In this document: one piece after another, positions 29,801 through 40,317 of the stretch
Numbering within the stretch: the stretch's first letter is position 1
Layout: every line of letters begins with the position of its first letter
Source: a virus
Strand: one strand, 5' to 3'
IMG/VR virus record: IMGVR_UViG_3300025096_000004
Span: 64,001 to 128,000 of that record
DNA: 64,000 nt
Position numbers and translations under genes: made by a program
Notes under the pieces: model-generated
Databases searched by the model: none
Told to the model about the DNA's origin: nothing
What the model saw: the letters and a program-made list of their open reading frames with translations, nothing else

Positions 29801-32800
29801 TGTTGACACTACATTTCCTACAAGCACCGGTACCGGCCCTGCAAGCTGGGGAGTTAGTGCAGCGATAATAAACAGCATACCTTCCTCCAATCTTAGTCCA
29901 GAGTGGGATGATCATGTAATAAAATTTCAAGACAACAGCATCGCTGTGCGAGATGAAGATCAAAGAATGATTATGAACTTTTGTTATGGAATTTCTACAT
30001 CTACTTCACAAATGGGCGCCGAATTCGAATTATCCGAAGCTCCGACCACTCCAAATCACACAGGGATGTGGACGCTATATAATTCTTCTATGATAAACAC
30101 CAATCATGTGATTCAAAATTCGTATGGAGAAGATAGTTCCAAATATACAAGAACTCAGCCTTTTCTCACTCCGTTATTCGCCCCCGGCGTATTATTTAAC
30201 ACAATTAAAGCCGGCGTTGCGTGTGATTATCCCCTCATGACAGATAATCTTAATCGTGTATTGGCAACGGTTAGTTCTTCTCAAGAGGGTACAGCATCTT
30301 TTTGGATGATTGGATCAAGAACTGCCGCAACATCTTCTTTTATTGGTCCCACAGATTATAATTATTTTGAGAATTATAAAGATAATCCTTCCACCTATAC
30401 CACCAACACAGCCCTCCTTGGCGGCGATAACCTCGACGCTGCCGGAAATGTCATTGGCTATTTGTCAAGTTCTCATTTTAGGACAGCCAATGGGGAGCTT
30501 GGTCGTGTCGCTGACGAAGAATCTCACAATTCTTACGGTGTATTGGCAACCGCTCGTAATCTTAATTCAAATCAATTCCGAGGTTTTAACTTGAGGGTTC
30601 CATTTGAAGCTCTTTTAGAACCAGAGGGATATTTGGCACACCGAGCCATGGTTAACCAAGAGCCAGATAACTTTTTATATTTTAATAAATATTTAAGGAT
30701 AAGCTACAAGGCCTTTTGGGATGGCCAAGGAGATAAGTTATACAAAAAGATGGCTCACAATTTTTTGGCCGAAGTTCCTGAATTCTTTTTGAAAAATGGT
30801 GAATTCAAGTCGTTCAAATCATTGAAACAAGGAGATCCTAATTTTGGAATGGTTGAGGGTATAAATGCCGAAGAACATGGCATCGATGAAACCACAGATG
30901 ATAGAGACATAATTCCAAAAACATACAGTATGCGTCTTAAAATGTATCGAAGCACATTCGGCCCCAAAGGAAAATTTTGGAATAATGGTGTTGTCATTTA
31001 CCCACCTCAAGATTGGCCCGGTGAAAACCCCGAGATCTCCCAGATCCCAACGTTTTCAATGTATTCTCGCCCTTCCGCCTTTGGGCCACCCACATGGGAT
31101 GGGTACACTAACATGTCCGGCAACGGCGATGTTCCCGGAAATGACAATAGAATGGGATATAACTTTCCTTTTACACCCCCATATTATCACGGCGATGCTT
31201 GGGCGGATATCACATTTAAGCCGAATCGAATCGGAAAACACACATTGGATGAAATTATAGCCTCTTCATCTGTTGAATATTATCGCTATTGGCATCCCCG
31301 AGCAAACTTGGCAATGAAAAAGATGGAAGGAAATGCCAATACGGGCGCGTTCCCATTTTATTGGACAAACTGGACAGGCTCTTTGGCTAATCAAACATCC
31401 TCTCTTGGATTCATTGAATCTCAAACTATGCCGAACGGTGAAGCATATAGTGTTCAAGTTGATGGAAATTGGTATGGCCCCCAACATCCTTTGTTTGTCA
31501 ATGATAATGCAATGCAATTGGATGCTTCTTTGAATATTTTTAGCAAAGAAGAAAATTTAGTGTTGCCTGAAGAAATTTTAGATGATGGAACCATCGATGC
31601 GACGGGCATCCTCTCAACTATTGATCAAAATGAATCAAAGTGGGCTATCCAGACAAAATTCGAAACCCCCATGTTAAATTTTATGCATGTATCAGCCTCG
31701 GGCCAGCAACAGATTATTGAGATTGATGTTGCTGACTATTTCAATAACAAAGACAACATTGACACTGATGGTGGAACTGCTCCTGTTACATTTACTTATG
31801 GCCCTCAGTCGTTTGGTCCATACACATACAATCAAAGTATTGCCTATCAGGACAATAGGATTGTTATATATGACGGTATTACTCCTTATCATATATGGTT
31901 TGCAAACACCACCACCGAAAATATATGTCGAACTTTTTTGCCGAATACTCCTTTTGAGATTACAATTTGCGAATCAACCGACTTTGAAGATGCTGATCCG
32001 TCCACAGAGGGGTACGGAAACACCATCAAGGTGGACATCACGTCTTGCACATCGGATGTTTGCATTAGGTCTAGATTGCAAACTGCACTAGAGAACCACA
32101 CTCCCTTTGGTGTTACTCTTGCTTCAAATTCTACTTTTGACACGAGACTGCGAATAACTTCTTCCATGAGCGGCCCTTCAAATGCACCTATACTTTCTTC
32201 TAACTTAAGTACGATAGCTTCCACATACAGCTTGGTTGAACCATTTATTACAACTTCCGGTAGCTATGATTCTGGGTCTATGCACTACAACAAGTTGACC
32301 CCTGTGGCAACCACAAGGGGAATGTGGCATCAATATGGTGTGGTTCCAAATCCTCTTGACGGGGTATTTTTATCTCTCAGCGATGTTCCCAAGAATTGGC
32401 AAAAGGGCGCCTTGGGGGTACACCAAGGTTGGCAAGAATGCACAGGTTCGTTGTGCGATCTTGTAGGCTTTCCGAAAGATAGAGTGAAGCTCGGAGAGAT
32501 GCATTCCACCAATATCATCACTGAAGCAATTGTTGCGGTTCCTTTTATTGTTGATAATGGAGAGAGGAAGTTTTTTGAAATCCCAAGAAGAGATATTGAA
32601 GATGCCATGGCAACATATCAATCCGATAGTTCGTTCGCTGGCCATTCGATTCGCCAAATGGTTCAAAAGATGAAAAGATATGTTTTTCCTCCTCAATTTG
32701 ATTTTCTCAATAGGGAAGAATTAATCCCATTTGCAATGTATATTTTTGAATTTCAACATACATTAACTGAGCAGGATTTGTGTGATATTTGGCAAGGATT

Positions 32801-33332
32801 ACCACCCAAAATCGGTGTGGGTTTTGATGACGATGTTGCAACAATCTCACACAATCTATTGTCATCAGAGCTTCTTGGTGGTGGATCTTCCTCAGATACA
32901 CCTCCTGTTCCAGCATCTAGAAACAAAAACCCGGGCCTTCGACTTAACGATAAAATAAGGTGGATGGTTTTCAAGGCTAAAAAACGAGCCAAAACAAATT
33001 ATTATCAAAAAGTTATTAAAAAACCAAATATTACAGATTGGATTGAGGCGATCTCAGGTAAAAACATTACGTTCAACTGGCCTTATGATTTCTTTTCTCT
33101 TGTTGAGCTAGTTAAGATAGACGCGGCAGTTCAATTGTCACAAGTAGAGGAGGTTGATGATGTCGGATCCACTGAGGTATCACCACAGACCGAATCTCCT
33201 ACTGGAAACGGCCCCGTGATGATAAGGGTCAAACCAGATTTGGCTCACAAATTAGCAGCGCCAATAGGCTCCGCCGCACAATTACTCCAGCAAGACCAAT
33301 ATGGACCCAATCCGGAAGAGGAGGAAATTTGA
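26895..33332 (+). CDS. Giant (2145 aa) virion structural protein of unknown function
   Basis: Uninterrupted ORF tightly coupled to its neighbours inside the baseplate cluster. Confidence 0.85.
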   Translation: MGQPVDFIGLNTFIYEACGYNSNKQVTTEGPQREARPLSDGSTIIHMEVLQNHIGIQPNQSDLFNYAEQEILNMIWYQFSIQNFPFPLELPDPTTGLVATTLQEKLNATASYFPALMMRRNGPYGWPTWKQIRSSHNPLIRKQRKNSIFTYVEEPGKEIQYFGPNGTLTLPQAFSDIKVYEESVVASKFKPVTILGSLESEFMLTNAIKIYATLGNEMIYFDNYQPNRYFGVSSEVSKYYKNIKQLYLNGRLQSPESDLQSFASLEYRETIYPAITNIYKNYTRFRPTFDFPWRDDIRASMYPGTSQTADEYYSAQTSPKIDNGFGFNVYYQNRWLKHTAWNSDSFSPETDSKYLVSGSFAGAKSFDDYQRVSDTRKSLDSSSIFFPPVGGARAFGESLSDPYSRRQAELTNSAGGDGQLMNTYSLFSDWRQVSNSSGYADSIDNFLTASAFYSRLHVIPSPYSMAHPHGMPIPETGSYVENDIFLPIEQNFGGSTKWQTNTTRKVLTPFFGGEAFEKRNPFADSYSDFSEYTRLVGKDYSLVPEFRISNHVENYLISNEIDGEDNGIFEISGGLESTSSSDVTEFYKIYSNSDFMKHFELVRTDHSGFIDPTAIALKCKIVKKFVPYEGFYPSQRCMQMAKQFYKSYGDYFENLESFVLEAEDPTQLTGEYAQAQIRLLGDFLYPYYELTPGKTTAYGDSYANNNYQDRGNRAPIANLSTEASSDGRSVLGPMVCECGSRNWTNGSGYHYDNSWSTNLSYAFYSHTDQNPNSPEHKSYRDNHGFILQDVNRLCVYVQLIDGKIWDLFTASDFFQDPSLPPGQIRNYMFPLADYGASGNLHRQPLLIKDTDLIFANPSWNSDWNQYTLAATTGNDHLPPTMIPVIWVRGDDDQTQNDHVRVAKHTARNIRDAIQALHNNSLAKDVVNKDVGPTSNLLHWFNRATDINGIGLTWERQWGYSIFVPGQSPTVDTTFPTSTGTGPASWGVSAAIINSIPSSNLSPEWDDHVIKFQDNSIAVRDEDQRMIMNFCYGISTSTSQMGAEFELSEAPTTPNHTGMWTLYNSSMINTNHVIQNSYGEDSSKYTRTQPFLTPLFAPGVLFNTIKAGVACDYPLMTDNLNRVLATVSSSQEGTASFWMIGSRTAATSSFIGPTDYNYFENYKDNPSTYTTNTALLGGDNLDAAGNVIGYLSSSHFRTANGELGRVADEESHNSYGVLATARNLNSNQFRGFNLRVPFEALLEPEGYLAHRAMVNQEPDNFLYFNKYLRISYKAFWDGQGDKLYKKMAHNFLAEVPEFFLKNGEFKSFKSLKQGDPNFGMVEGINAEEHGIDETTDDRDIIPKTYSMRLKMYRSTFGPKGKFWNNGVVIYPPQDWPGENPEISQIPTFSMYSRPSAFGPPTWDGYTNMSGNGDVPGNDNRMGYNFPFTPPYYHGDAWADITFKPNRIGKHTLDEIIASSSVEYYRYWHPRANLAMKKMEGNANTGAFPFYWTNWTGSLANQTSSLGFIESQTMPNGEAYSVQVDGNWYGPQHPLFVNDNAMQLDASLNIFSKEENLVLPEEILDDGTIDATGILSTIDQNESKWAIQTKFETPMLNFMHVSASGQQQIIEIDVADYFNNKDNIDTDGGTAPVTFTYGPQSFGPYTYNQSIAYQDNRIVIYDGITPYHIWFANTTTENICRTFLPNTPFEITICESTDFEDADPSTEGYGNTIKVDITSCTSDVCIRSRLQTALENHTPFGVTLASNSTFDTRLRITSSMSGPSNAPILSSNLSTIASTYSLVEPFITTSGSYDSGSMHYNKLTPVATTRGMWHQYGVVPNPLDGVFLSLSDVPKNWQKGALGVHQGWQECTGSLCDLVGFPKDRVKLGEMHSTNIITEAIVAVPFIVDNGERKFFEIPRRDIEDAMATYQSDSSFAGHSIRQMVQKMKRYVFPPQFDFLNREELIPFAMYIFEFQHTLTEQDLCDIWQGLPPKIGVGFDDDVATISHNLLSSELLGGGSSSDTPPVPASRNKNPGLRLNDKIRWMVFKAKKRAKTNYYQKVIKKPNITDWIEAISGKNITFNWPYDFFSLVELVKIDAAVQLSQVEEVDDVGSTEVSPQTESPTGNGPVMIRVKPDLAHKLAAPIGSAAQLLQQDQYGPNPEEEEI

Positions 33333-34408
33333 TGGGGTTTTCAAACAAAAAAGAGGATGTGATATATATGGAATTGACTCCCTATGGAAGACAGCTTTTA
33401 TCTCGCGGGCAGTTAAAACCAGCTTATTATAGCTTTTTTGATGATGATATATTATATGATTTGGCCTCTGTTGCCACATCTGATACGTCAAACTATTCTA
33501 GCGGCTTTCTTTCTGAATCTAATGGCGAAATAAAAGAAAGAATATTATCATCAACACCTTATTTAAAACCTTATGTCTCATTTGTTGGAAGAGATAGAAA
33601 AATAACATCAATTCAGAATTATTATCTATACAAGGATCTTTATAAACTTGAGTCTCAGGAAAAGAAAAATTTTTTAAACTATGCTCTTGGTACTTCTGAC
33701 TATCACTCTAGAGACTCTGCCCCCTTTTGGAACATAAAATATTTGCATGGAACAGGCTCATCAACAGAGGTGTCAACAGGTGTTTATAGTTTGAATACAA
33801 AAAAAATCTTAGATTCAAGCAGTATTCTAAGTTCTTCTTTACCATACAAGAACATCCCCCAGATTCAATTTGATGTTAATTATGAAATTTCAATTAGAAA
33901 CGTATATACCGATGACGATATAGAGCAGATAGAATATGTGAGTCCAAACTTACAAATAACCGATGTCGCTGCGGATGGAACCTATATTTCACTAAAAGAG
34001 TCTCCACTGTTGTTGCATATGTTGGAAGAAAATGGTTTCAAGGGGGCTGACATTTTTAATGTGGAGGTATTCAAACAGGATACGCTCCAAAATGATGAGT
34101 ATGTTTCTTTAAAGTTTGTAAATGATAGATATCAAGTTGCAAACCATAGAGTTATTGATGGTATGTTGGTTGAGACCCAAGAAGTTTCGATTTATGATCC
34201 AGTTACACCTGTGAATCATAATTATGTTGAATATTATTTTGACTTAAGGTTGGATTCGGAAGTTCCCGAAGATGATATATGTTCCGGCTTGAAGCTCTTG
34301 AAGAGAAAAGAAATTTTTATAGATATGGACATTGACTGTTTAGAAAGAGATGCGATTGCCGATATTGATATTTATGCGACAAAAGTAACCGAAATAGAGG
34401 AGTGTTGA
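33329..34408 (+). CDS. Tail/baseplate protein; N-terminus paralogous to 39333..40307 (tail-collar/DUF3751-like start)
   Basis: MELTPYGRQLLSRG....YYSFFDDDILYD compared with AVLTDHGRKLLAQG....QFALADDEIDYS. Confidence 0.6.
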   Translation: MMGFSNKKEDVIYMELTPYGRQLLSRGQLKPAYYSFFDDDILYDLASVATSDTSNYSSGFLSESNGEIKERILSSTPYLKPYVSFVGRDRKITSIQNYYLYKDLYKLESQEKKNFLNYALGTSDYHSRDSAPFWNIKYLHGTGSSTEVSTGVYSLNTKKILDSSSILSSSLPYKNIPQIQFDVNYEISIRNVYTDDDIEQIEYVSPNLQITDVAADGTYISLKESPLLLHMLEENGFKGADIFNVEVFKQDTLQNDEYVSLKFVNDRYQVANHRVIDGMLVETQEVSIYDPVTPVNHNYVEYYFDLRLDSEVPEDDICSGLKLLKRKEIFIDMDIDCLERDAIADIDIYATKVTEIEEC

Positions 34409-34409
34409 A

Positions 34410-37280
34410 ATGACAACAGTGATTGAAAACCTACCAAATGTTTGCATTAGAAATATAACCCTAGATAATACTCAGGAGTCAAAATCTCGATGTAAGATCA
34501 CAGTTGATGTTGTGGTAAAAGCTGGGAACAATGCCCAATGGGTAAATGATGATTTTCTATTGAAACATTTAAGTTTGGTTGTGGTGAAATCTTCGAATGA
34601 ACAGTTTAATGTAGATGCCACATCCGGCCAAATTATGATAAATGGCACCAGCGTAAATTCATATTCCACTGAGCCGGGGGATATAGTTCTAAAACAAATA
34701 CCTCTGTTACAAAAAATAAAACAACAGCGGAAAAACATTCCTCTTGGAGATTCTGTTTGTATGGTTACGCTAGAGTTTTATCAGTCTGTTGATGCAAATA
34801 GTGTAGATATATATGCTATGACAACGATTAATATGTTGGACATTTCAAATTCATATGGTGTTAATTTGAATATACAAGGAATGAATAATTATTGTGGTCC
34901 GATTGTTTCTGAATCCATTTTTAGAAATGGCGCCGTCGTTACTCAGTCTAATCTCTTTCGCATCGCCGGCGGCGAGGAATATTATGGCCCGGTTCATCAA
35001 TACCCCGGAACCGGCTGGATGGCTGGCTCAAGACACACTCAAATGTCGCACCCTAAATTATCTATCCACAACGTGCCCAATACTAAACTAAAGGATAATA
35101 GGGTAGTTAGTTATGCTACCAATAATATCTTAAATCACACAAACAATTCTATTTTTTCTTCGCTAGAGACGACAATTGATAAAGACAAACTTATGAATGG
35201 TATATTTTCCATCAATATTAATACTATAGCCTTAACAAAAACAAAATATGGAAGATTATTTTATAACCTGAAGCCTGAAATCTATAATCAAATGTTAAGT
35301 AATTTTAGGATTAAATATATAAAGATATTCAAGAGCAAAGTAAAACAGTTTAAACAAAGTAAAAAAATTAGCAAATATCTCTCAACTGAACTGCTTATAG
35401 ACAGCAAAGATCCTTTAGATGATAATTTTTTGATAAGTAGATTAAAGGTTCGATCTGCTGATAACATTGCTCATGTCAATGCCGAGGCCTTTAATCTCGG
35501 TTCTGATGTGCCTTTCGACTCCTTTCAAAGAGTATCTCACATAAAAGAACAGAGCCTGGATCTGGTTCCATGGTCTTTTAAAAACCACATTAGGTCTTTT
35601 TCTTTTGTTGATGCAGAAACAAAGACAAAATTTGATGATAAATATTCCTATCGAGTTGATATTGGTTTTTATGATTCTTCTATTGCAACATTGCAGGGTA
35701 TCATGCAAGAGATCGAAACATCCATATTAAGTTTGGATAGATATATTAACCTTTCACTGAGTTTGAAAAATTATGATTTTAGATTAAAAAAGCTTAAACC
35801 AGAATATGTGAGTAGTTTGGGCGGAATATTTGGAAACTCTGGCAATGTTCCGTGGATTAACTCAATCGTGATTTATGCAAAATATTATGCTTTGTTGAAA
35901 AATCTTTCTGATGATGATCAAAATGAAATAATGAATAAATATTATAATTTTTTAAATCCAACATCCTTTGATGCCCGTTCTGCAAAATCATTTTTATATA
36001 AATTTAAAGAATTTTCTTATTCTTTTATGAAATATTTCAAAATTTCAAATAAAAAGATGCATAATTTAGTCTCCGGCAATTCACAGGAAATATATCAAAA
36101 TGTTAATTTTTCAGACATTTCGCTTTCCCATCAGTTTTCAAATGTTTTGGATTTTCAAAATAGCAACCTTGCCTTTAATTATCTCCTTGGATCATCTACT
36201 CCAAGTTCGGTGTTTCAAACCAGCGCTAACGGCAACATTCTGATATTAACAAAAGCTCAGTTTGAACAAAGGTTTCAATTAGAACTGCAACGCTTCCCAT
36301 TTATCGGAGGTGGCAATTCTGATGTGTTGTATTCTTATCTATCTCCTTTGGCTTGGCATCAAGATAATACAGTGTATGATCTTGCAAACCCAGTTAGTGT
36401 AAATTATCGAAAATTGATTGCAGGCATCCAACAGGTATCACAGGATGTAAATTTTGAAGATGGTCACCAAATGACAGTGCCAAACAATAGTAATTCTACT
36501 AATCCGGCAGATATGTTAGAAGAAGGTTTTGAAACTGCTGATATTGATTATACAAAGGCCTCGAGATATATTGGACATAGATATGGCTCTTTGGGAGCAG
36601 AAGATACTTTTGAAGAATATCCAAATTCCGCTTGGAGTGAGCCATCGACCCCCCATAACGAATCTGCCCCCAATATTCCTGTTGATCCCAACGATACATC
36701 AGAGGATGATCCCTTTTCGTCCATTCAAGAACAATACTGGAAAGACATTATGGGACAAACTTTATACACCCCAAGAAACAAGGCTTTACTTTCCATTTTG
36801 TTTTTTTCTTTGCAACGGGTTGAATATAAAGAGCCCCACACTGATTCATACTATTCGATGAAGAAAGATAATTGGAAATTGATGACACCAGATATTTTTA
36901 ACAATTTGGAGGGCAGTGTGCTTTTCCGACTTGTTCCAGCTTCATCTCGCATGTTTCCACAAGCTAAGGGCTTGCCGAATCTTTCTCCGCACAATAGAGT
37001 GTTTATAGTAAATTTTCCAAAGTCACAGGTAAACGAACAGAACCAATTAGTGTCTGCAACTGAAAGTTTGTTGGCAATAGATGGCAGCCACAATAGTGAT
37101 TATTTGGTTAGCAATATTGTAACCCAACCCAGCCGAAGAGATGGGGTCAACTTTGGTTTTGTTTACACTACTGATGCCACTACCTTCACCGCCGGAGGAA
37201 CACTTACGAGCACAAGTGCTCCATCGGAGCCCACAGCGACACCGGGGATGACAACCTCTGGAGGTAATTATGGGTATTAA
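34410..37280 (+). CDS. Hypothetical virion protein (956 aa)
   Basis: Long ORF in the structural cluster; no diagnostic motif recognised. Confidence 0.8.
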   Translation: MTTVIENLPNVCIRNITLDNTQESKSRCKITVDVVVKAGNNAQWVNDDFLLKHLSLVVVKSSNEQFNVDATSGQIMINGTSVNSYSTEPGDIVLKQIPLLQKIKQQRKNIPLGDSVCMVTLEFYQSVDANSVDIYAMTTINMLDISNSYGVNLNIQGMNNYCGPIVSESIFRNGAVVTQSNLFRIAGGEEYYGPVHQYPGTGWMAGSRHTQMSHPKLSIHNVPNTKLKDNRVVSYATNNILNHTNNSIFSSLETTIDKDKLMNGIFSININTIALTKTKYGRLFYNLKPEIYNQMLSNFRIKYIKIFKSKVKQFKQSKKISKYLSTELLIDSKDPLDDNFLISRLKVRSADNIAHVNAEAFNLGSDVPFDSFQRVSHIKEQSLDLVPWSFKNHIRSFSFVDAETKTKFDDKYSYRVDIGFYDSSIATLQGIMQEIETSILSLDRYINLSLSLKNYDFRLKKLKPEYVSSLGGIFGNSGNVPWINSIVIYAKYYALLKNLSDDDQNEIMNKYYNFLNPTSFDARSAKSFLYKFKEFSYSFMKYFKISNKKMHNLVSGNSQEIYQNVNFSDISLSHQFSNVLDFQNSNLAFNYLLGSSTPSSVFQTSANGNILILTKAQFEQRFQLELQRFPFIGGGNSDVLYSYLSPLAWHQDNTVYDLANPVSVNYRKLIAGIQQVSQDVNFEDGHQMTVPNNSNSTNPADMLEEGFETADIDYTKASRYIGHRYGSLGAEDTFEEYPNSAWSEPSTPHNESAPNIPVDPNDTSEDDPFSSIQEQYWKDIMGQTLYTPRNKALLSILFFSLQRVEYKEPHTDSYYSMKKDNWKLMTPDIFNNLEGSVLFRLVPASSRMFPQAKGLPNLSPHNRVFIVNFPKSQVNEQNQLVSATESLLAIDGSHNSDYLVSNIVTQPSRRDGVNFGFVYTTDATTFTAGGTLTSTSAPSEPTATPGMTTSGGNYGY

Positions 37281-39291
37281 ACGAATTAAATTTTCTTTAA
37301 ATTCTCCTGAAGATTTGTTCAAAGAGAAGAAAATTAATATGACAAATATTAAAACAATTTCTCAAGAGCCAATTAATAATCAAATAATATATAAAACATT
37401 GGAAACTGTAGAAATTGATTTTTCAAATACTATGGTATCAAATGGATCTATTTTTTCTAGTTTCATAAACGATGTTATGAGTAATAATCAAATAATATCT
37501 TTTACTGCTCAATCTGCATCACCTAGATCTCAAGGAGCAGTAGACAATTCTGATTATGGGTCATTAACATATGGTATTACACCAGTCTATAATTATTATG
37601 CGCCCCAATATGAGGAACTTGTTTCGGATTTCTTTGATAAACAATTGATTAATATATATGTGTCATCAAAGAATGGAACAAACGACTCCACCGCCAATTT
37701 CCGGCATTTTTCAAATACATCCATAACAAGAGATACATTTTTAAAATGCAAACAACGGAATACTGTTAGTTACCTTCCAATACTCCTTGGTTTGAGCGAG
37801 TCACCACAAATAATGTACCCTCAAGGCTACAATTTTTTAGATGTGGCTCCCTATGAGAAAAAGTTTCCATTTGGAATAGACATATCTGTTGGCGTGGACA
37901 ACGTTAATAAAAAATTTAAAACTTTTTTAAAGAAAGCGAATCTATATGAAACATTTGTCAAAGGATATTTTTTGTCTGAAAAGAGAAATTTGTCTATAGA
38001 TACCAAATTTAATATTGAGGGCACTGGCGAAACAAGAGGAACAGTTAATATACTCAGTCTTGATATGTTACAGTTAAATCTAAATTCTTTTCTTGCACTT
38101 CCATCGTCTCCATCAGAGGCGTATTTCTCTTCAAAACCTAGTTCTATACAGGGAATGGCACTAAAGACTGCACTTTTATCAGGCTTTATGAGACAATTAA
38201 CACTAGAGGAGGGAAAATCTTTTGCTGAGACTGTAACTGGCGCAAAAAACTATTATGAGCCGATTTTTTATAAAATAGAGAAAACCCGTGGCACCACTGC
38301 CGGACAAGTCCTTCAAACCTATGTTATCCCAGCCGATGACAAGAATATAATTAAATATTTTGATTCTCAAGTAATAGCTAATCAGACATACTCATATCGC
38401 ATCACAGAGTGCGCTCTTGTTCTTGGAAACAAGTTTTCCTCCTTAAGTGAAACTCAGTTTGATTTGGACAATAAGGTGCGATTTAATGTTGAGATTGAGC
38501 CTGCTATCTATTTGATAGAAATACCAATGATTCAAGACTCTGTAATGACTATGTCTAATGCACCACTTCGACCAAATGTTGATTTTTATACAAAAAATAA
38601 CTTTGAGAATATAATTTATATGCGAATGTATACATCTGGCGTTGGACAAGTTATAGATAATTATTATCCCATCACACCTTCGGACAATGACAATATTGAT
38701 AAGCTTAGATATAAAAATCGATTTTTTGATCAGTATGTTTTTGAAAATAAGCACAATATAATACAAAGCTATGAAGTTATGCGGTTATCAGAAAAGCCCA
38801 ATAAATTGGAGGATTTTGACAAAGGGACTCATTATTTGATTCGAGATAAGGTAGTATTTGGAAGTGTCACTGTCTCGGCCGCAATTAGGCCAAACCAAAA
38901 ATATTATTATCTTTGTCGCTCTTCCAATCAGTATGGAGTAAAATCAAATCATAGTGTAATTTACGAAGTAGAGTTGGAAAAGGGAGCTTCAACGTCTAGG
39001 CTCAAGATTAATACATATTCTTTTAATACTGAAGACAAAAATTATCATTTTAGAAAAATGTCAAACTTGATGCAAATTACACCAGCCTCTCAGCACACTA
39101 TGTATCCATCTCTTGCAGAAAACCTTACCTATAAAAATTCTCTAGATAACTACGCCCTTGGCTCCGCTGGCTCTCCGATTTGGGGTGAAAAATTTAAAAT
39201 AAGGGTCACCTCTGACAATACAGGCAGAAAAATAGACTTTAATCTGCATTTCAATCTAATTAAGAAGAAAACAAATGAAGAAATAAAATAA
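37270..39291 (+). CDS. Hypothetical virion protein with FN3-like beta-sandwich segments
   Basis: VIANQTYSYRITE and IRPNQKYYYLCRSSNQYG..SN.S resemble FN3 Y.Y.V.A.N..G patterns. Confidence 0.6.
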   Translation: MGIKRIKFSLNSPEDLFKEKKINMTNIKTISQEPINNQIIYKTLETVEIDFSNTMVSNGSIFSSFINDVMSNNQIISFTAQSASPRSQGAVDNSDYGSLTYGITPVYNYYAPQYEELVSDFFDKQLINIYVSSKNGTNDSTANFRHFSNTSITRDTFLKCKQRNTVSYLPILLGLSESPQIMYPQGYNFLDVAPYEKKFPFGIDISVGVDNVNKKFKTFLKKANLYETFVKGYFLSEKRNLSIDTKFNIEGTGETRGTVNILSLDMLQLNLNSFLALPSSPSEAYFSSKPSSIQGMALKTALLSGFMRQLTLEEGKSFAETVTGAKNYYEPIFYKIEKTRGTTAGQVLQTYVIPADDKNIIKYFDSQVIANQTYSYRITECALVLGNKFSSLSETQFDLDNKVRFNVEIEPAIYLIEIPMIQDSVMTMSNAPLRPNVDFYTKNNFENIIYMRMYTSGVGQVIDNYYPITPSDNDNIDKLRYKNRFFDQYVFENKHNIIQSYEVMRLSEKPNKLEDFDKGTHYLIRDKVVFGSVTVSAAIRPNQKYYYLCRSSNQYGVKSNHSVIYEVELEKGASTSRLKINTYSFNTEDKNYHFRKMSNLMQITPASQHTMYPSLAENLTYKNSLDNYALGSAGSPIWGEKFKIRVTSDNTGRKIDFNLHFNLIKKKTNEEIK

Positions 39292-39293
39292 AT

Positions 39294-39302
39294 ACTAATT
39301 AT
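39294..39302 (+). promoter_or_regulatory. ACTAnTTA intergenic motif (ACTAATTAT), putative late promoter element
   Basis: Lies in the 41-nt gap before 39333, followed by SD AAGGAG. Confidence 0.45.
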
Positions 39303-39332
39303 TGTATATATATCAAATTAAGGAGAAGGTAT

Positions 39333-40307
39333 ATGGCTTTTTTGGACAATAGTGGCGACATCATTCTCGATGCGGTTTTAACTGATCATGGGAGAAAATT
39401 GTTAGCCCAAGGTGATGGATCGTTTGAAATTACACAGTTTGCTTTGGCAGATGATGAAATAGATTATTCTTTATATGAGAAAAATCATCTTAGCGGCAGT
39501 GCCTATTATGACATTCAGATCCTACAAACACCAGTGTTTGAGGCATTCACAAACAACTCCTCTTCTGTTAAAAACAAACTAGTCAGTTTTGAGAACTTAG
39601 AGCTTTTGTTTTTGCCAATTATAAAAATGAACCAACAAACAAACGCAACCAGTATGCACTCTGCGGGCACATTTATTATTGCTGCGGATGGCTATACCGA
39701 GGACGATAATGGATCAACCCAGTCGGAAAATGGAATCGTACAGGATTCTGATGGGGTCGATCGAAATGGTATTCTTCGAGGCGAAACTTTGCTTGGAGAC
39801 AACCACATTAGAATAGACCAAGGTTTAGATACTTCAACTCAAAGTGGAGACCCCGAAATTAGCCCAACCCAAGCTCTTGGAAACATGATTGAGACAGAAT
39901 ATACGGTTCAACTGGACAGTCGCCTTGGGGTTCTTTCAACTTTGAATGGGGATATATTAACGGAAGATTACATTGATGATGATCATATCGCTTTTTATAC
40001 GGTTTCTCAATCCGACACGGCGAATCAAATTGTTTCATTGATTAATGATACTACCAATAATACCTCCAACACCATTAATGGCCCTCGGGGAACAAAGTTG
40101 GAATTTAAAATTAAAAGTTCAATGGAATTACAAACTAGTACTTTTTTGTTTCAACGCTTGGGGGGCACAACAACATTGCCCAACAGGGCTAATCCAAGCA
40201 CCAACACCAATCTTTATTATGTCGACACAATGATTAGAATAACAGGTGTTAAAACTGGGCAATCAATTGATGTTCCATTACGTTTTGTAAAATATAAATC
40301 AACATAG
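39333..40307 (+). CDS. Tail/baseplate structural protein (DUF3751-like N-terminus)
   Basis: ILDAVLTDHGRKLLAQG..FEITQFALADDEIDY; strong SD. Confidence 0.65.
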   Translation: MAFLDNSGDIILDAVLTDHGRKLLAQGDGSFEITQFALADDEIDYSLYEKNHLSGSAYYDIQILQTPVFEAFTNNSSSVKNKLVSFENLELLFLPIIKMNQQTNATSMHSAGTFIIAADGYTEDDNGSTQSENGIVQDSDGVDRNGILRGETLLGDNHIRIDQGLDTSTQSGDPEISPTQALGNMIETEYTVQLDSRLGVLSTLNGDILTEDYIDDDHIAFYTVSQSDTANQIVSLINDTTNNTSNTINGPRGTKLEFKIKSSMELQTSTFLFQRLGGTTTLPNRANPSTNTNLYYVDTMIRITGVKTGQSIDVPLRFVKYKST

Positions 40308-40317
40308 GATATAAAAA